This document shows positions 46,938 to 57,260 of a DNA stretch of 64,000 bases, piece after piece; positions within the stretch are counted from its first letter, which is position 1; each line of letters starts with the position of its first letter. The position numbers and the translations under genes are program-made. The notes under the pieces were generated by a model. That model saw nothing but the letters and a program-made list of their open reading frames with translations, was not told the DNA's origin and did no database searches. The stretch is from an uncultured Prochlorococcus sp. GTDB lineage: Bacteria; Cyanobacteriota; Cyanobacteriia; PCC-6307; Cyanobiaceae. The DNA lies in contig CACAXR010000003.1 in NCBI GenBank assembly GCA_902536555.1, positions 7,365 to 71,364 of the forward strand, given 5' to 3'.

Positions 46938-48303
46938 TAATTTATTAAGAGCTCCAAACCAAAGTATTGAGGAAACTGGTTATGCCTGGTATGTAGGTAA
47001 CGCTAGATTAATCAATTTATCTGGACGTTTATTAGGAGCTCACATTGCTCACTCTGGACTAATAGTCTTTTGGGCGGGAGCAATGATGCTCTTTGAGGTT
47101 AATCATTTTACTTTTGATAAACCAATGTGGGAGCAAGGTTTAATCTGTATGCCACACGTCGCAATGTTTGGATATGGAATAGGCCCTGGTGGTGAAGTTA
47201 CTGATATCATGCCTTTTTTCCAGGCAGGTGTGGTTCATTTGATAGCTTCTGCTGTTCTTGGTTTTGGTGGTATTTACCACTCATTAGCAGGTCCAGAAAA
47301 ATTAGAAGAAGATTTCCCATTTTTCTCTACTGATTGGAGAGATAAAAATCAAATGACAAACATTCTTGGATATCATTTGATTGTTCTTGGTGTAGGTGCA
47401 CTAGCATGGTCAGTAAACTGGTGTTTTATTGGCGGTGCATATGACACATGGGCACCTGGTGGTGGTGAAGTCAGACTTGTTAATCCAACTTTAGACCCAA
47501 GAGTTATTCTTGGTTATCTTTTTAGATCTCCATGGGGAGGAGCTGGTTCAATAATCGGTGTTAACTCCATCGAAGATATTGTTGGTGGTCATGTTTATGT
47601 GGGTATTACTGCAATTATTGGAGGAATATTCCATATCTTTACTAAGCCTTTTGGATGGGCCAGAAGAGCATTCATTTGGAACGGTGAAGGTCTACTAAGT
47701 TATGCCCTTGGTGGAATTTGTGTAGCAAGTTTTATTGCTTCAACATTCATCTGGTTTAACAACACTGCTTACCCTTCAGAATTCTATGGCCCAACAAATG
47801 CTGAAGCTTCACAGGCCCAAAGCTTTACTTTCCTTGTGAGAGATCAAAGAATTGGAGCTAACGTAGGCTCAACAATGGGACCAACAGGTCTAGGTAAGTA
47901 TCTCATGAGATCTCCTACTGGTGAAATTATATTTGGTGGTGAAACAATGAGATTTTGGGATTTCAGAGGACCATGGTTAGAGCCCCTAAGAGGACCTAAC
48001 GGATTAAGCCTTGAGAAAATTCAAAATGATATTCAGCCATGGCAGGTAAGAAGAGCTGCTGAATATATGACTCATGCTCCTAACGCTTCTATCAACTCAG
48101 TTGGTGGAATCATTACAGAGCCTAATGCTGTTAACTTTGTTAATTTAAGACAATGGTTAGCTGCAGCTCAATTCTTCCTAGGATGGTTTACATTCATTGG
48201 TCACCTTTGGCATGCTGGACGTGCTAGAGCAGCCGCTGCTGGTTTCGAAAAAGGAATCGACAGAAAGAGTGAACCAGCTCTAGAAATGCCTGATTTAGAC
48301 TAA
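46921..48303 (+). CDS. psbC: Photosystem II CP43 protein
   Basis: GTG start overlapping the psbD end by 17 nt; [27 protein letters not shown]. Confidence 0.98.
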   Translation: METPFNNLLRAPNQSIEETGYAWYVGNARLINLSGRLLGAHIAHSGLIVFWAGAMMLFEVNHFTFDKPMWEQGLICMPHVAMFGYGIGPGGEVTDIMPFFQAGVVHLIASAVLGFGGIYHSLAGPEKLEEDFPFFSTDWRDKNQMTNILGYHLIVLGVGALAWSVNWCFIGGAYDTWAPGGGEVRLVNPTLDPRVILGYLFRSPWGGAGSIIGVNSIEDIVGGHVYVGITAIIGGIFHIFTKPFGWARRAFIWNGEGLLSYALGGICVASFIASTFIWFNNTAYPSEFYGPTNAEASQAQSFTFLVRDQRIGANVGSTMGPTGLGKYLMRSPTGEIIFGGETMRFWDFRGPWLEPLRGPNGLSLEKIQNDIQPWQVRRAAEYMTHAPNASINSVGGIITEPNAVNFVNLRQWLAAAQFFLGWFTFIGHLWHAGRARAAAAGFEKGIDRKSEPALEMPDLD

Positions 48304-48317
48304 TTTCTATTTCATCT

Positions 48318-48350
48318 AAAAAACCCTATCTCTGGATAGGGTTTTTTTTT
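48318..48350. terminator. Bidirectional intrinsic terminator between psbC and maf
   Basis: AAAAAACCCTATC-TCTG-GATAGGGTTTTTTTTT. Confidence 0.85.
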
Positions 48351-48352
48351 GC

Positions 48353-48973
48353 TCAATTTTCTAATTTATATAAGTTTTTTCGGAGCCATGGCAAACTTAA
48401 TCCCATTACATTACTGAAACAACCCTCTATTTTTTCTATATATTTTCCGCCTATACCCTCTAAAGCAAATCCACCTGCGCAGTATAAAGGTTCGTCAGTA
48501 TCTACATAACTTTTGATTTCCCAATCTTCCAACTCAGAAAAATAAACTCTTGAACTTACCGTATTCTTAATTGTTTCGGTAATCTTAAACTTATTTGAAG
48601 ATGAATCAAAATTTCCAATTATTAAAGTGTGACCAGTATGTAAAAAACCACATTCTCCAGACATTTTTTTCCATCTAGTAAATGCCTCTTCTTTGTCAGA
48701 AGGTTTTCCATAAGCTTCCCCTTTAAATTCAAAAATTGAATCACATCCAAGAATTTTCAATATCCCAAAATTAAGTTTTTCGGGAAATGATATTTCTTGA
48801 ATATTTTTGGATAAACTATTTGCCTTTTGAAAAGATAATTCCAAAGCTAATTTGAATATATTTTTTTCTTTTATTGAGGTTTCATCAAAGTTACTTGCGA
48901 TTTGAATAAATTCAATTTGAGAATTTTCAAGTAATTTCTTTCTAGATTGAGAAGCAGAAGCTAGAATTAACAC
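48353..48973 (-). CDS. maf: Maf-family nucleoside triphosphate pyrophosphatase
   Basis: [30 protein letters not shown]. Confidence 0.93.
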   Translation of the reverse strand: MLILASASQSRKKLLENSQIEFIQIASNFDETSIKEKNIFKLALELSFQKANSLSKNIQEISFPEKLNFGILKILGCDSIFEFKGEAYGKPSDKEEAFTRWKKMSGECGFLHTGHTLIIGNFDSSSNKFKITETIKNTVSSRVYFSELEDWEIKSYVDTDEPLYCAGGFALEGIGGKYIEKIEGCFSNVMGLSLPWLRKNLYKLEN

Positions 48974-49039
48974 AAATTTTTTATCAAATTATAATTCAAT
49001 TTTCTAAATAATAAATTTCAAACTATATTTAATTTACTA

Positions 49040-50569
49040 ATGGAATTTGAAGAAAAGTTTCAACCAATAAATAAACCAATAATGGTCTTAGGTACTTCCA
49101 GTGGGGCAGGAAAATCATTAACAGTTACAGCTATTTGCAGAATTCTAAAAAATTTAGGAGAAGAACCAATACCTTATAAAGGTCAAAATATGAGTAACAA
49201 CGCTTGGGTTGATTGGAATGGAGGAGAGATGGCATATTCACAAGCACTTCAAGCTTTTGCTTGTGGTATTAATCCTTCTTCAGAAATGAATCCTATTTTA
49301 TTGAAACCACAAGGAAATTCAACAAGCGAGGTAATACACCTTGGCAAAAGCATAGGGACCACAACTGCAAAAAATTACTATAAAGATTGGTTTTTTCCTG
49401 GCTGGGAAGTTATTAAAAAAAGTTTAAAGTCTATTTATAAACGGAATCCGAATTGTCGATTAATTATCGAAGGTGCTGGTAGTCCCGTAGAAATGAATTT
49501 AATTCATAGAGACCTTACTAATTTAAGAGTTGCAAAATATTTAAATGCAAATTGCATATTGGTTACTGATATTGAGAGAGGAGGCGTATTTGCACAAATA
49601 ATTGGCACTCTTGAATTAATGAAGCCTGAAGAAAAGAAACTTATTAAGGGAATCATCATAAATAGATTTAGGGGAGACCTTTCATTATTTGAAGAAGGGA
49701 AAAAATGGATAGAGAATAAAACTCAAATCCCTGTTATTGGTATTATTCCATGGTTAAATGATTCATTTCCTCCAGAGGATTCTTTAGATTTATTAGAAAG
49801 AAAAATCACCGTCACAAATCCTGATATCAAGGTTGGGATTATAAAATTACCATCTATAAGTAACTTCTCGGATTTTGATCCATTAGAAAATGAAGAAACA
49901 ATATTAATTGAATGGATTAGAGAATCACAGAACCTGAGTAAGTATGACTTCATTATTCTGCCGGGTAGCAAACAAACGATTAAAGATCAAATATTTCTTG
50001 AAAATACTGGCTTATCTCAGAACATAAGGGAATATTCAAATAATAAAGGCAATATTATTGGAATATGTGGAGGTTTACAAATGTTAGGAACAACATTAGA
50101 AGATCCTTATTTTAAAGAGGGTTCCAAAAACTATTGTGAACAAAAAATTAAAGGGATTGGATTACTACCATTAAAAACGACTTTCTTTGAAAAAAAATTA
50201 ACACGTCAAATCAACTCCGAATCTATATGGCCATGCCAAACAGAAATTAATGGGTTTGAAATTCATAATGGTCAAACTGTATTGGATGATATTCAAAGTT
50301 CATTAAAGATAAAACCTATTTTCAAAGATTTAGATCTTGGTTGGTACAAAGAAAATAATAAAGGCGGTTCTATCGCAGGAACATACATTCATGGGATCTT
50401 TGAAAATGACATTTGGAGAGACCAATATATTAATTTAATAAGGAAGAGTAAAAATTTACCAATATCAAACAAAAAATCAATATCTTATAAAAAGAAAAGA
50501 GAATCTATCATTGAAAATCTTGCGAATGTATTTCACAAACATTTAAATCTCAAATCATTTTTAAGTTGA
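49040..50569 (+). CDS. cobQ: Cobyric acid synthase
   Basis: GTSSGAGKS, KGQNMSNN, EGAGSPVE, GICGGLQMLG, GTYIHGIF. Confidence 0.95.
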   Translation: MEFEEKFQPINKPIMVLGTSSGAGKSLTVTAICRILKNLGEEPIPYKGQNMSNNAWVDWNGGEMAYSQALQAFACGINPSSEMNPILLKPQGNSTSEVIHLGKSIGTTTAKNYYKDWFFPGWEVIKKSLKSIYKRNPNCRLIIEGAGSPVEMNLIHRDLTNLRVAKYLNANCILVTDIERGGVFAQIIGTLELMKPEEKKLIKGIIINRFRGDLSLFEEGKKWIENKTQIPVIGIIPWLNDSFPPEDSLDLLERKITVTNPDIKVGIIKLPSISNFSDFDPLENEETILIEWIRESQNLSKYDFIILPGSKQTIKDQIFLENTGLSQNIREYSNNKGNIIGICGGLQMLGTTLEDPYFKEGSKNYCEQKIKGIGLLPLKTTFFEKKLTRQINSESIWPCQTEINGFEIHNGQTVLDDIQSSLKIKPIFKDLDLGWYKENNKGGSIAGTYIHGIFENDIWRDQYINLIRKSKNLPISNKKSISYKKKRESIIENLANVFHKHLNLKSFLS

Positions 50570-50817
50570 AAGAAAAAAATATAAAAGTAATATGGCCGAA
50601 TAATAATGAAACATTTGTTTCGGATGGAGATGATTGGTTTTCATCTGCAGAAAAAGCAGGTTTAGAAATCCCGACTGGCTGTCTTACAGGAAGTTGCGGT
50701 GCTTGTGAAATAGACGTCAATGGTGAAACGATAAGGGCTTGTATAAATGATATTAAAAGTAATGAAAAATGTTTTTTAAAAGTTTCTTTAACTACAGATC
50801 CTTTTTGGGGCAACTAA
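50566..50817 (+). CDS. 2Fe-2S ferredoxin-like protein
   Basis: IPTGCLTGSCGACE...IRACI. Confidence 0.88.
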   Translation: MKEKNIKVIWPNNNETFVSDGDDWFSSAEKAGLEIPTGCLTGSCGACEIDVNGETIRACINDIKSNEKCFLKVSLTTDPFWGN

Positions 50818-50946
50818 AGTTATTCCTTGATTATTTATATTCTTTCTGCAGGAGAGGAGTTTATTTTCTTAATTGTTAAATCTAATGGTTTAGTTCTTTA
50901 TTTAAATTTCTCTTTAAAATAAATTTTTAATTTCATTTAAATAAAT

Positions 50947-51669
50947 TCAAAATACTCTTTTTAATCTTTCCTTAAATAAATAAACTAATGTTGATAAAGC
51001 ATTCGTTATGGATTTTTTGCTAACTCTAGGACTAGGAGCTTTATAGTGAATAGGAACTTCTGCTGTTCTACAATCCTTTAATAGATGTCTAAGTTCAGTT
51101 TGATAAAAATGACCAGTAGATCTAAATTTATTTGATAATATTTTCTCTACCACTGGTCTATGAAAACCTTGAAAACCACTAGTCATATCACTCAATTTTG
51201 ATCCTAAAAGTAACTTTGCAAGAAGAGTTCCAATTCGAGAAAGAAATACTCTATTAATAGGTGATTCAGTCATGCTTCCACCAATAATAAACCTACTGCC
51301 AAATGCACATTCATTCCCCTCGTTAAGAACCCTTAGGAACATAGGAATAGCTCTTGGATCATGACTTAAACCTGCATCCATTTCTATAAATAGATCATGA
51401 TTATTATCAAAAGCTGTTTTAAGGCCTTTTAAATAAGCATCCACAACATTCTTATTTTCTGGAGCCCAGATAGTTTTAAATCTCTCATCATTAATTGAAA
51501 GATTCTTGCACAAATTAAGAGTATTATCTTTACTAACATTATCTACCACTAAATAGACTTTCCCAGGCGTATAAATTTCAATAACTTTTTTTACTATATT
51601 AATAAAAGGCAAAAACTCTTTTTCTTCATTTGCCATCGGCACAATTAATGCCCAATTTTTGTAGTACAC
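50947..51669 (-). CDS. GT2 glycosyltransferase, polyprenol-phosphate sugar synthase type (DPM1/GtrB-like)
   Basis: IVPMANE, VVDNVSKD, EMDAGLSHDP, GSRF, SDMTSGF. Confidence 0.88.
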   Translation of the reverse strand: MYYKNWALIVPMANEEKEFLPFINIVKKVIEIYTPGKVYLVVDNVSKDNTLNLCKNLSINDERFKTIWAPENKNVVDAYLKGLKTAFDNNHDLFIEMDAGLSHDPRAIPMFLRVLNEGNECAFGSRFIIGGSMTESPINRVFLSRIGTLLAKLLLGSKLSDMTSGFQGFHRPVVEKILSNKFRSTGHFYQTELRHLLKDCRTAEVPIHYKAPSPRVSKKSITNALSTLVYLFKERLKRVF

Positions 51670-51709
51670 CGGAAGTTAACAAATTTAAAATCTAGAAAAA
51701 AAAATTTAA

Positions 51710-52999
51710 TTAATTTTTATCAAATAGTATTTTATCACATACTTTCATTGAAGCTTCTATACAATTATCTATGTTGTAGTATCTCCATTCGGCAAATCTT
51801 CCACATAAATGGATTTTATTAAGTTGGAAATTAAGTTTGATTTTATCTATTATTTCCCTACTCTTAAAATCATTTATAACATATGATTCTTTACAGAAAT
51901 TAAAGGAAATGGGACTAAGGTTAAATGGCAATTCAGATAATTCGGATTTAACTTCATCAAATTTATATTCTCCAGAAAACTCAACAACACATGTTGACCT
52001 ATTTTTCTTTAATCTCTTATCATTATTTTTTTCTGAAAAGTTACCTGTCATAATTATCCTATGAGCCAAAAATTTTTTTTCTGGCAAATAAATCCAAGAA
52101 TAATCATTTTTGTCACATTCGCATAATACATTAAATGTTCCGTTAGATCTTAAATTATTTATAATTTCAAGTTCATTATGAATTTGAAAAGATTTTATTA
52201 AACTTTTATCAAATAGATTTCTAATTTTTTTTAAATTGCCTGTGTAAATAACATAATCATATTTCTTTCTAAAAGAGTTGATGAAAAATCCATCATCATA
52301 TTTAATTTTAAACACTTTAGAGTGATTTATATTAACTCCTTTAGCAAGGCGATCAATAATAAATTGGGAACCTCCATTCTTTGGATAATAAAAGTATTGG
52401 TGAGGCATGCCATCTGACTTATGAAAATTGATATTTTTTATAATTATTTCCTTAGGATTTATCATAGGCAGCTTTCCATCAAGCCAATCTAAAGGAATTG
52501 TACTTAGATCTTTCTTCCAAAGTTTCTTATTATATGGCTTAAAATATAAATCATAAAGAGTATTTCCAAAATTACATTTAAGAAAATCATCAAAACTTAA
52601 ATATTCTTTGTTTTTTTCTATATTAGATATTTCAATTAAATCTAAGATAATATTTTTTGAAATTTCTTTATCTTTAATTCTAGAGATATTTAATTCAATA
52701 GGATATGGAATAAAAACATCATCTAAGAAAATAGATGCATTTCTTTTAGCACTAAGGAAATGTTTTTCTTTTGAAAAATATGACCAAAACCAATCATTAA
52801 CTTTCTTACTTTTGGTATTAAAGACATGGCCCCCAACCTTATGAAAAAGATTACCTTTATGAATTTCGCACGAAATCAGCCCTCCTAATTGATTAGATTG
52901 TTCAAAAACATCAACATCTATTCCATTCTCTTTTAAGATTTTGGCACATGTAATACCAGAAATACCTCCACCAATAATGCATATTTTAATATTATTCAT
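51710..52999 (-). CDS. FAD-dependent oxidoreductase, UDP-galactopyranose-mutase-like
   Basis: GGGISG, GGHVF, PYNKKLW, GRFAEWRYYNID. Confidence 0.75.
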   Translation of the reverse strand: MNNIKICIIGGGISGITCAKILKENGIDVDVFEQSNQLGGLISCEIHKGNLFHKVGGHVFNTKSKKVNDWFWSYFSKEKHFLSAKRNASIFLDDVFIPYPIELNISRIKDKEISKNIILDLIEISNIEKNKEYLSFDDFLKCNFGNTLYDLYFKPYNKKLWKKDLSTIPLDWLDGKLPMINPKEIIIKNINFHKSDGMPHQYFYYPKNGGSQFIIDRLAKGVNINHSKVFKIKYDDGFFINSFRKKYDYVIYTGNLKKIRNLFDKSLIKSFQIHNELEIINNLRSNGTFNVLCECDKNDYSWIYLPEKKFLAHRIIMTGNFSEKNNDKRLKKNRSTCVVEFSGEYKFDEVKSELSELPFNLSPISFNFCKESYVINDFKSREIIDKIKLNFQLNKIHLCGRFAEWRYYNIDNCIEASMKVCDKILFDKN

Positions 53000-53012
53000 T
53001 TAATACCAGTAT

Positions 53013-54506
53013 TTATTTTAGTTTTGTTTTCCACAATTCTATCTCAGAGTAATTTGGATTCATAAAGGAAGTGACTAATGATGATTCTCTAAAAATATTA
53101 TTTGGTATTGAGACTTTTTTTTCTACATTAGTTTCTTTAGATAAAAATACTGACTTTTCTTTGGACAATGAAGATCTCAAATGTGCGGGATAAGGCAAAT
53201 GAAACCAAAATATTTCTTTGCCACTATTTATATTTCTCATTTCTTGAGAATAATTATTTATATTATCTGCTAGGTACCAATTCAGAGATGGCTTTAAAAA
53301 CCAAAATACTACATCTCCTCCATATTGAAAATCATCAGGCAATTTAAAAAATTCATTATTTAATTCCTTTAAACTTAAATTGTTCATGTTTATTTTATAA
53401 ATAAAAGCATTCCCTGCGAGTTGATTCAATAAATAAACTGAAAATAGAAAATAAATAAATCTCTTTGAAACCTTTACATTACTAAAGATAAATCCCAAAT
53501 CAAGAATAAGAGTAGGGATAAGCAATATAAAGTAAGGTCTTAAAAAGAGATTTATTGATGTAACGCTAATTATAAAAAAAGAAAAAATTGATATATTTAA
53601 AATTCTGATTAAGCTACCTGGTTTTGATTTAATTAATGCAACACAAACAATAAAAAATTCAAATATAAAAATATAAATTCTCTTAATGCCCATGATGTAG
53701 TTATTTATTAAAACTGTTTTTATGTTTATTGAAAAGGTTTCAAAAGAAAATTGAAATTTATCAGTACTTGAGATCAAATTAAGTAAATCATGGTTTAAAA
53801 CCTGGTTGAAAAAGTTATATCCTAATAACAAAAAGAAAGGGGAAGATCCAATAATTATTTTAAAAATATTGTTTATATTTAATCTTTTTTTTGAAAAAAT
53901 AAGAAGATAAAAAATGATATTTATAGATAATAAAGCTCCTGTTAAATGCGTAGAAAAAAGAATCCCCAGCGAAATTCCTATGCCGTATAAAATATTGGCT
54001 TTCACTATTTTCCTATTATTTTTAAAAAACCCATTAAGAAAAAAAATCAACCCAGTTAATCCTACGGATATTAATGCTTCGGGTCTAATAATTCTATAAG
54101 CCACAAATAAAATATTTGAACATACAAAAATTGATAAGATACTTGCCGTAAGAAAATCAGAATATCTATTATCCTTGCAATATAAAAAAAGAAATAAAAA
54201 TGATATCAAACCGCAAAAAAATGAAAAAAGCCTACCAGCTTCAAAAGAGACTCCAAATATTGAATATAATAAGCTTAATAAAAAAGGATAAAGACAAAAT
54301 TCTTTCCCTGAGAATGCAAAAAAATCATGATAAAAAGAACCTGTTTTTAGAAACTTCAATGCTGTATAACTATATAAAGGTTCATCAATCATTACTCTTG
54401 GAATTGAAAAAAGACCACTTAAATTAGATATACAAAAAAGGAAGAATACTAGAATTACATATTTATTTTTTAAAAATATCCCAGTTAAATTGATGTTTTT
54501 TTCCAT
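53013..54506 (-). CDS. GT-C fold (ArnT/PMT-like) membrane glycosyltransferase
   Basis: Polytopic; DEPLY motif after TM1, RPE loop, C-terminal soluble domain. Confidence 0.7.
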   Translation of the reverse strand: MEKNINLTGIFLKNKYVILVFFLFCISNLSGLFSIPRVMIDEPLYSYTALKFLKTGSFYHDFFAFSGKEFCLYPFLLSLLYSIFGVSFEAGRLFSFFCGLISFLFLFLYCKDNRYSDFLTASILSIFVCSNILFVAYRIIRPEALISVGLTGLIFFLNGFFKNNRKIVKANILYGIGISLGILFSTHLTGALLSINIIFYLLIFSKKRLNINNIFKIIIGSSPFFLLLGYNFFNQVLNHDLLNLISSTDKFQFSFETFSINIKTVLINNYIMGIKRIYIFIFEFFIVCVALIKSKPGSLIRILNISIFSFFIISVTSINLFLRPYFILLIPTLILDLGFIFSNVKVSKRFIYFLFSVYLLNQLAGNAFIYKINMNNLSLKELNNEFFKLPDDFQYGGDVVFWFLKPSLNWYLADNINNYSQEMRNINSGKEIFWFHLPYPAHLRSSLSKEKSVFLSKETNVEKKVSIPNNIFRESSLVTSFMNPNYSEIELWKTKLK

Positions 54507-54580
54507 TTATTTATAAGATTTATTTATTAGTCAAATTCAAAGTAAAATATATCACAAAAATTATATATAAAATACATAAA

Positions 54581-55312
54581 CTATCTCATTGGTACAAAAA
54601 TCAAATCTAAGAAATCACCAAATGCATGATTTATTTTTCTTTGTAGTTCATAACCATATGAGTTCAACAAAATCTCCAGATAAGGGTTATAGTTTTGATA
54701 TTGATCATTATGATGAACCTCAACTTGGATTACCCTTGGCTTTAAGGAAGAAATAATCAATTTAGATCCAATTAGTACCTGATATTCGAAACCTTCAACA
54801 TCAATTTTTAAAATATCCATTGCCTTAATTTGATTTTTTTCAAAGTAGGAATCCAATAATTGCATTCTTACATTAATTTTTTTATATAGTTTGCTAACAT
54901 CCGTTTTAAGGATTTTGGATTTAAAAATGTTGTAAGATGATTTTAAATTAGGATTAGATAAAGTAGAAATTGCATCTAATACACAAATATTGAATTCTGT
55001 TTCTTTTGACTCATTTCCTAGAGCTATACAAAAAATCTTTCTATTTATATTTTTGGTTTTTTTTCTTAACTTTTCTACTAAATTTGGGTTAGCTTCAAAG
55101 CAATAAATTTCATGATTATTGAATACTCTGCTAAAGAATTTTGCAGATTGTCCTCGATTAGCTCCAACATCTACAATATATATTTTATCTTTCAAGAACG
55201 AATTTTCTTTAAAATTTTTCCTATATGATTTTGCTAATCTTCTATTAAAAATTAATTTCTCTAAAAGTTCTATACCAATTCCTATTATTCTTACGTAAGT
55301 TTTTTTGATCAT
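54581..55312 (-). CDS. FkbM-family methyltransferase
   Basis: VDVGANRGQ, FEAN, ILKIDVEGFEYQVL. Confidence 0.9.
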   Translation of the reverse strand: MIKKTYVRIIGIGIELLEKLIFNRRLAKSYRKNFKENSFLKDKIYIVDVGANRGQSAKFFSRVFNNHEIYCFEANPNLVEKLRKKTKNINRKIFCIALGNESKETEFNICVLDAISTLSNPNLKSSYNIFKSKILKTDVSKLYKKINVRMQLLDSYFEKNQIKAMDILKIDVEGFEYQVLIGSKLIISSLKPRVIQVEVHHNDQYQNYNPYLEILLNSYGYELQRKINHAFGDFLDLIFVPMR

Positions 55313-55594
55313 AAATTTTATTATTACATAGGGTCAGATTAAAGAATTATTATTTTTATAAAATTTTTTAAGATCAATATATATAGTCTTATTTTCCATA
55401 GTATTTCTTGGTATTTACTTGTTAGTATTATTAATAATTTAATATTACTTATTAACATTTAAAAATCTTTTGTATTAATAATTCTAAATATATTAAAAAA
55501 TATTTAGAGTCCTTAACAAGATTGTTTAAAATCAGTTATCACAAATAAAGATAAATTTTTAGAATTTTATTTTACAAAATCCTAAAATTATGTA

Positions 55595-56479
55595 ATGAAA
55601 AGCATTGATTTAAGTAAGAAAATAATTATAGGTTCTGCCCAATTTGGTATGAATTATGGAATCAATAATTCTAGTGGGATGGTTAAAATTAATGAGATAA
55701 AAAGAATATTAAAATATGCAAAAGAAAACAAAATATCATTTTTAGATACTGCTATTGCTTATGGAAGAAGTGAATACAATCTTGGTAGGGCAGGATGTAA
55801 GAACTATAAAATAATATCAAAAATACCTAGTAATATAATTATGAATAGTGATATTAATAAAGAAATTTTTAAACAAGTAAAGAATAGTATTGCACTTCTT
55901 CATCATCATTCCTTATATGGAATATTGCTGCATAGTGGAAATGATTTATTAAGCAAAAATAGAAAAAAAATTTATAAAGCTCTTATTCAGTGTAAAGAAA
56001 AAGGATTAGTTGAAAAAATAGGTATTTCCGTTTATGAATCAAAAGATGTCTTTGAGATAATTAAAAACTTTGATATAGATATTGTACAAATCCCTTTTAA
56101 TATATTAAACAGAGATTTAGAATTTTCAGGATTATTAAACAAATTAAAAGATAAAAAAATAGAAGTTCATGTTAGATCAGTTTTTTTACAAGGATTACTT
56201 TTAATGAATCCCCAAAAAATGCCTGTTTATTTTCATAAATGGAATAATATTTGGGAAAGCTGGGGTAATTGGCTTAAAACAAATAAGATTAATCCGCTTG
56301 AGGCTTGCTTGAAATTTGTTTTGGAAAAAGAGGAGATTGATAAGGTTATAGTAGGAATAGACAACACTAAACAACTTGAAGAAATTATACAAATCACAAA
56401 AAGAAAATACTCTTACGCGATTCCTGATGATGTTTGTAGTAATGATAAATACTTAATTAACCCATATTACTGGGGATAA
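55595..56479 (+). CDS. Aldo/keto reductase (polysaccharide-locus type)
   Basis: GSAQFGMNYG, LDTAIAYGRSE, RSVFLQGLL. Confidence 0.88.
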   Translation: MKSIDLSKKIIIGSAQFGMNYGINNSSGMVKINEIKRILKYAKENKISFLDTAIAYGRSEYNLGRAGCKNYKIISKIPSNIIMNSDINKEIFKQVKNSIALLHHHSLYGILLHSGNDLLSKNRKKIYKALIQCKEKGLVEKIGISVYESKDVFEIIKNFDIDIVQIPFNILNRDLEFSGLLNKLKDKKIEVHVRSVFLQGLLLMNPQKMPVYFHKWNNIWESWGNWLKTNKINPLEACLKFVLEKEEIDKVIVGIDNTKQLEEIIQITKRKYSYAIPDDVCSNDKYLINPYYWG

Positions 56480-56492
56480 AGTCCTACAAAAA

Positions 56493-57176
56493 TCAGTTTC
56501 TTACGAAAGAATCATTTTTTAATTTATAGTCAAAACTTAATACCGAAATATTATAAAAGGAGTCTCTTTTTATAAGCTTGCAATAAGAGGTAATTTCATT
56601 TATACAATGATCATTTATTAGAAGGAAAATGCATTTATTTTTATTTAAAAAATCAATATTTTTATTTATAAATTTTTCAAGTATTTCAAATTTAACTGAA
56701 TTAAAGAAAAATAAAATGTACTTCTTATCTTCTAATTTATAATCAAGAATATTAGAACTAACATGATTTAAATTTGAAATATCAATATTCATATTTTTAG
56801 AAAAAATTTCACTGAATAAGAGTGATTGTTTATTTAAATCTTCACAAATTTCAACGCCAGTTACTTTTCTAAATTTATAGTTTAGATAAAAATAAATACA
56901 CGCAATACCATTACCACTTCCAATATCTAATAAATCATAATCTTCTGTATTAATTCCTATGTCTTTTAAAAAACTCATGCTTCTATCAATATTTTTCAGC
57001 CATACTGTTTCAAATACATTAAAACCTCTTAATTCCCAATCAGTTGAATCTACCGACCCTTTTACATTTTTAAAATTAATTAAACCGATCTTCCTTAAAA
57101 AATTATCATTATAAGTTTTATTTTCAGATCTTATCTCATCACTTATATAGCTATTATGAATTTGCATAGTTTGCAT
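56493..57176 (-). CDS. Class I SAM-dependent methyltransferase
   Basis: LLDIGSGNG motif I, VTGVE motif II, FFFN. Confidence 0.75.
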   Translation of the reverse strand: MQTMQIHNSYISDEIRSENKTYNDNFLRKIGLINFKNVKGSVDSTDWELRGFNVFETVWLKNIDRSMSFLKDIGINTEDYDLLDIGSGNGIACIYFYLNYKFRKVTGVEICEDLNKQSLLFSEIFSKNMNIDISNLNHVSSNILDYKLEDKKYILFFFNSVKFEILEKFINKNIDFLNKNKCIFLLINDHCINEITSYCKLIKRDSFYNISVLSFDYKLKNDSFVRN

Positions 57177-57260
57177 TTTACTAGTATCAGAATAATATTA
57201 AAAATTTGTAAAATTATAATTATTAAAGCAAAATTCAAGATTTTTCATAAAGAATCTAAA

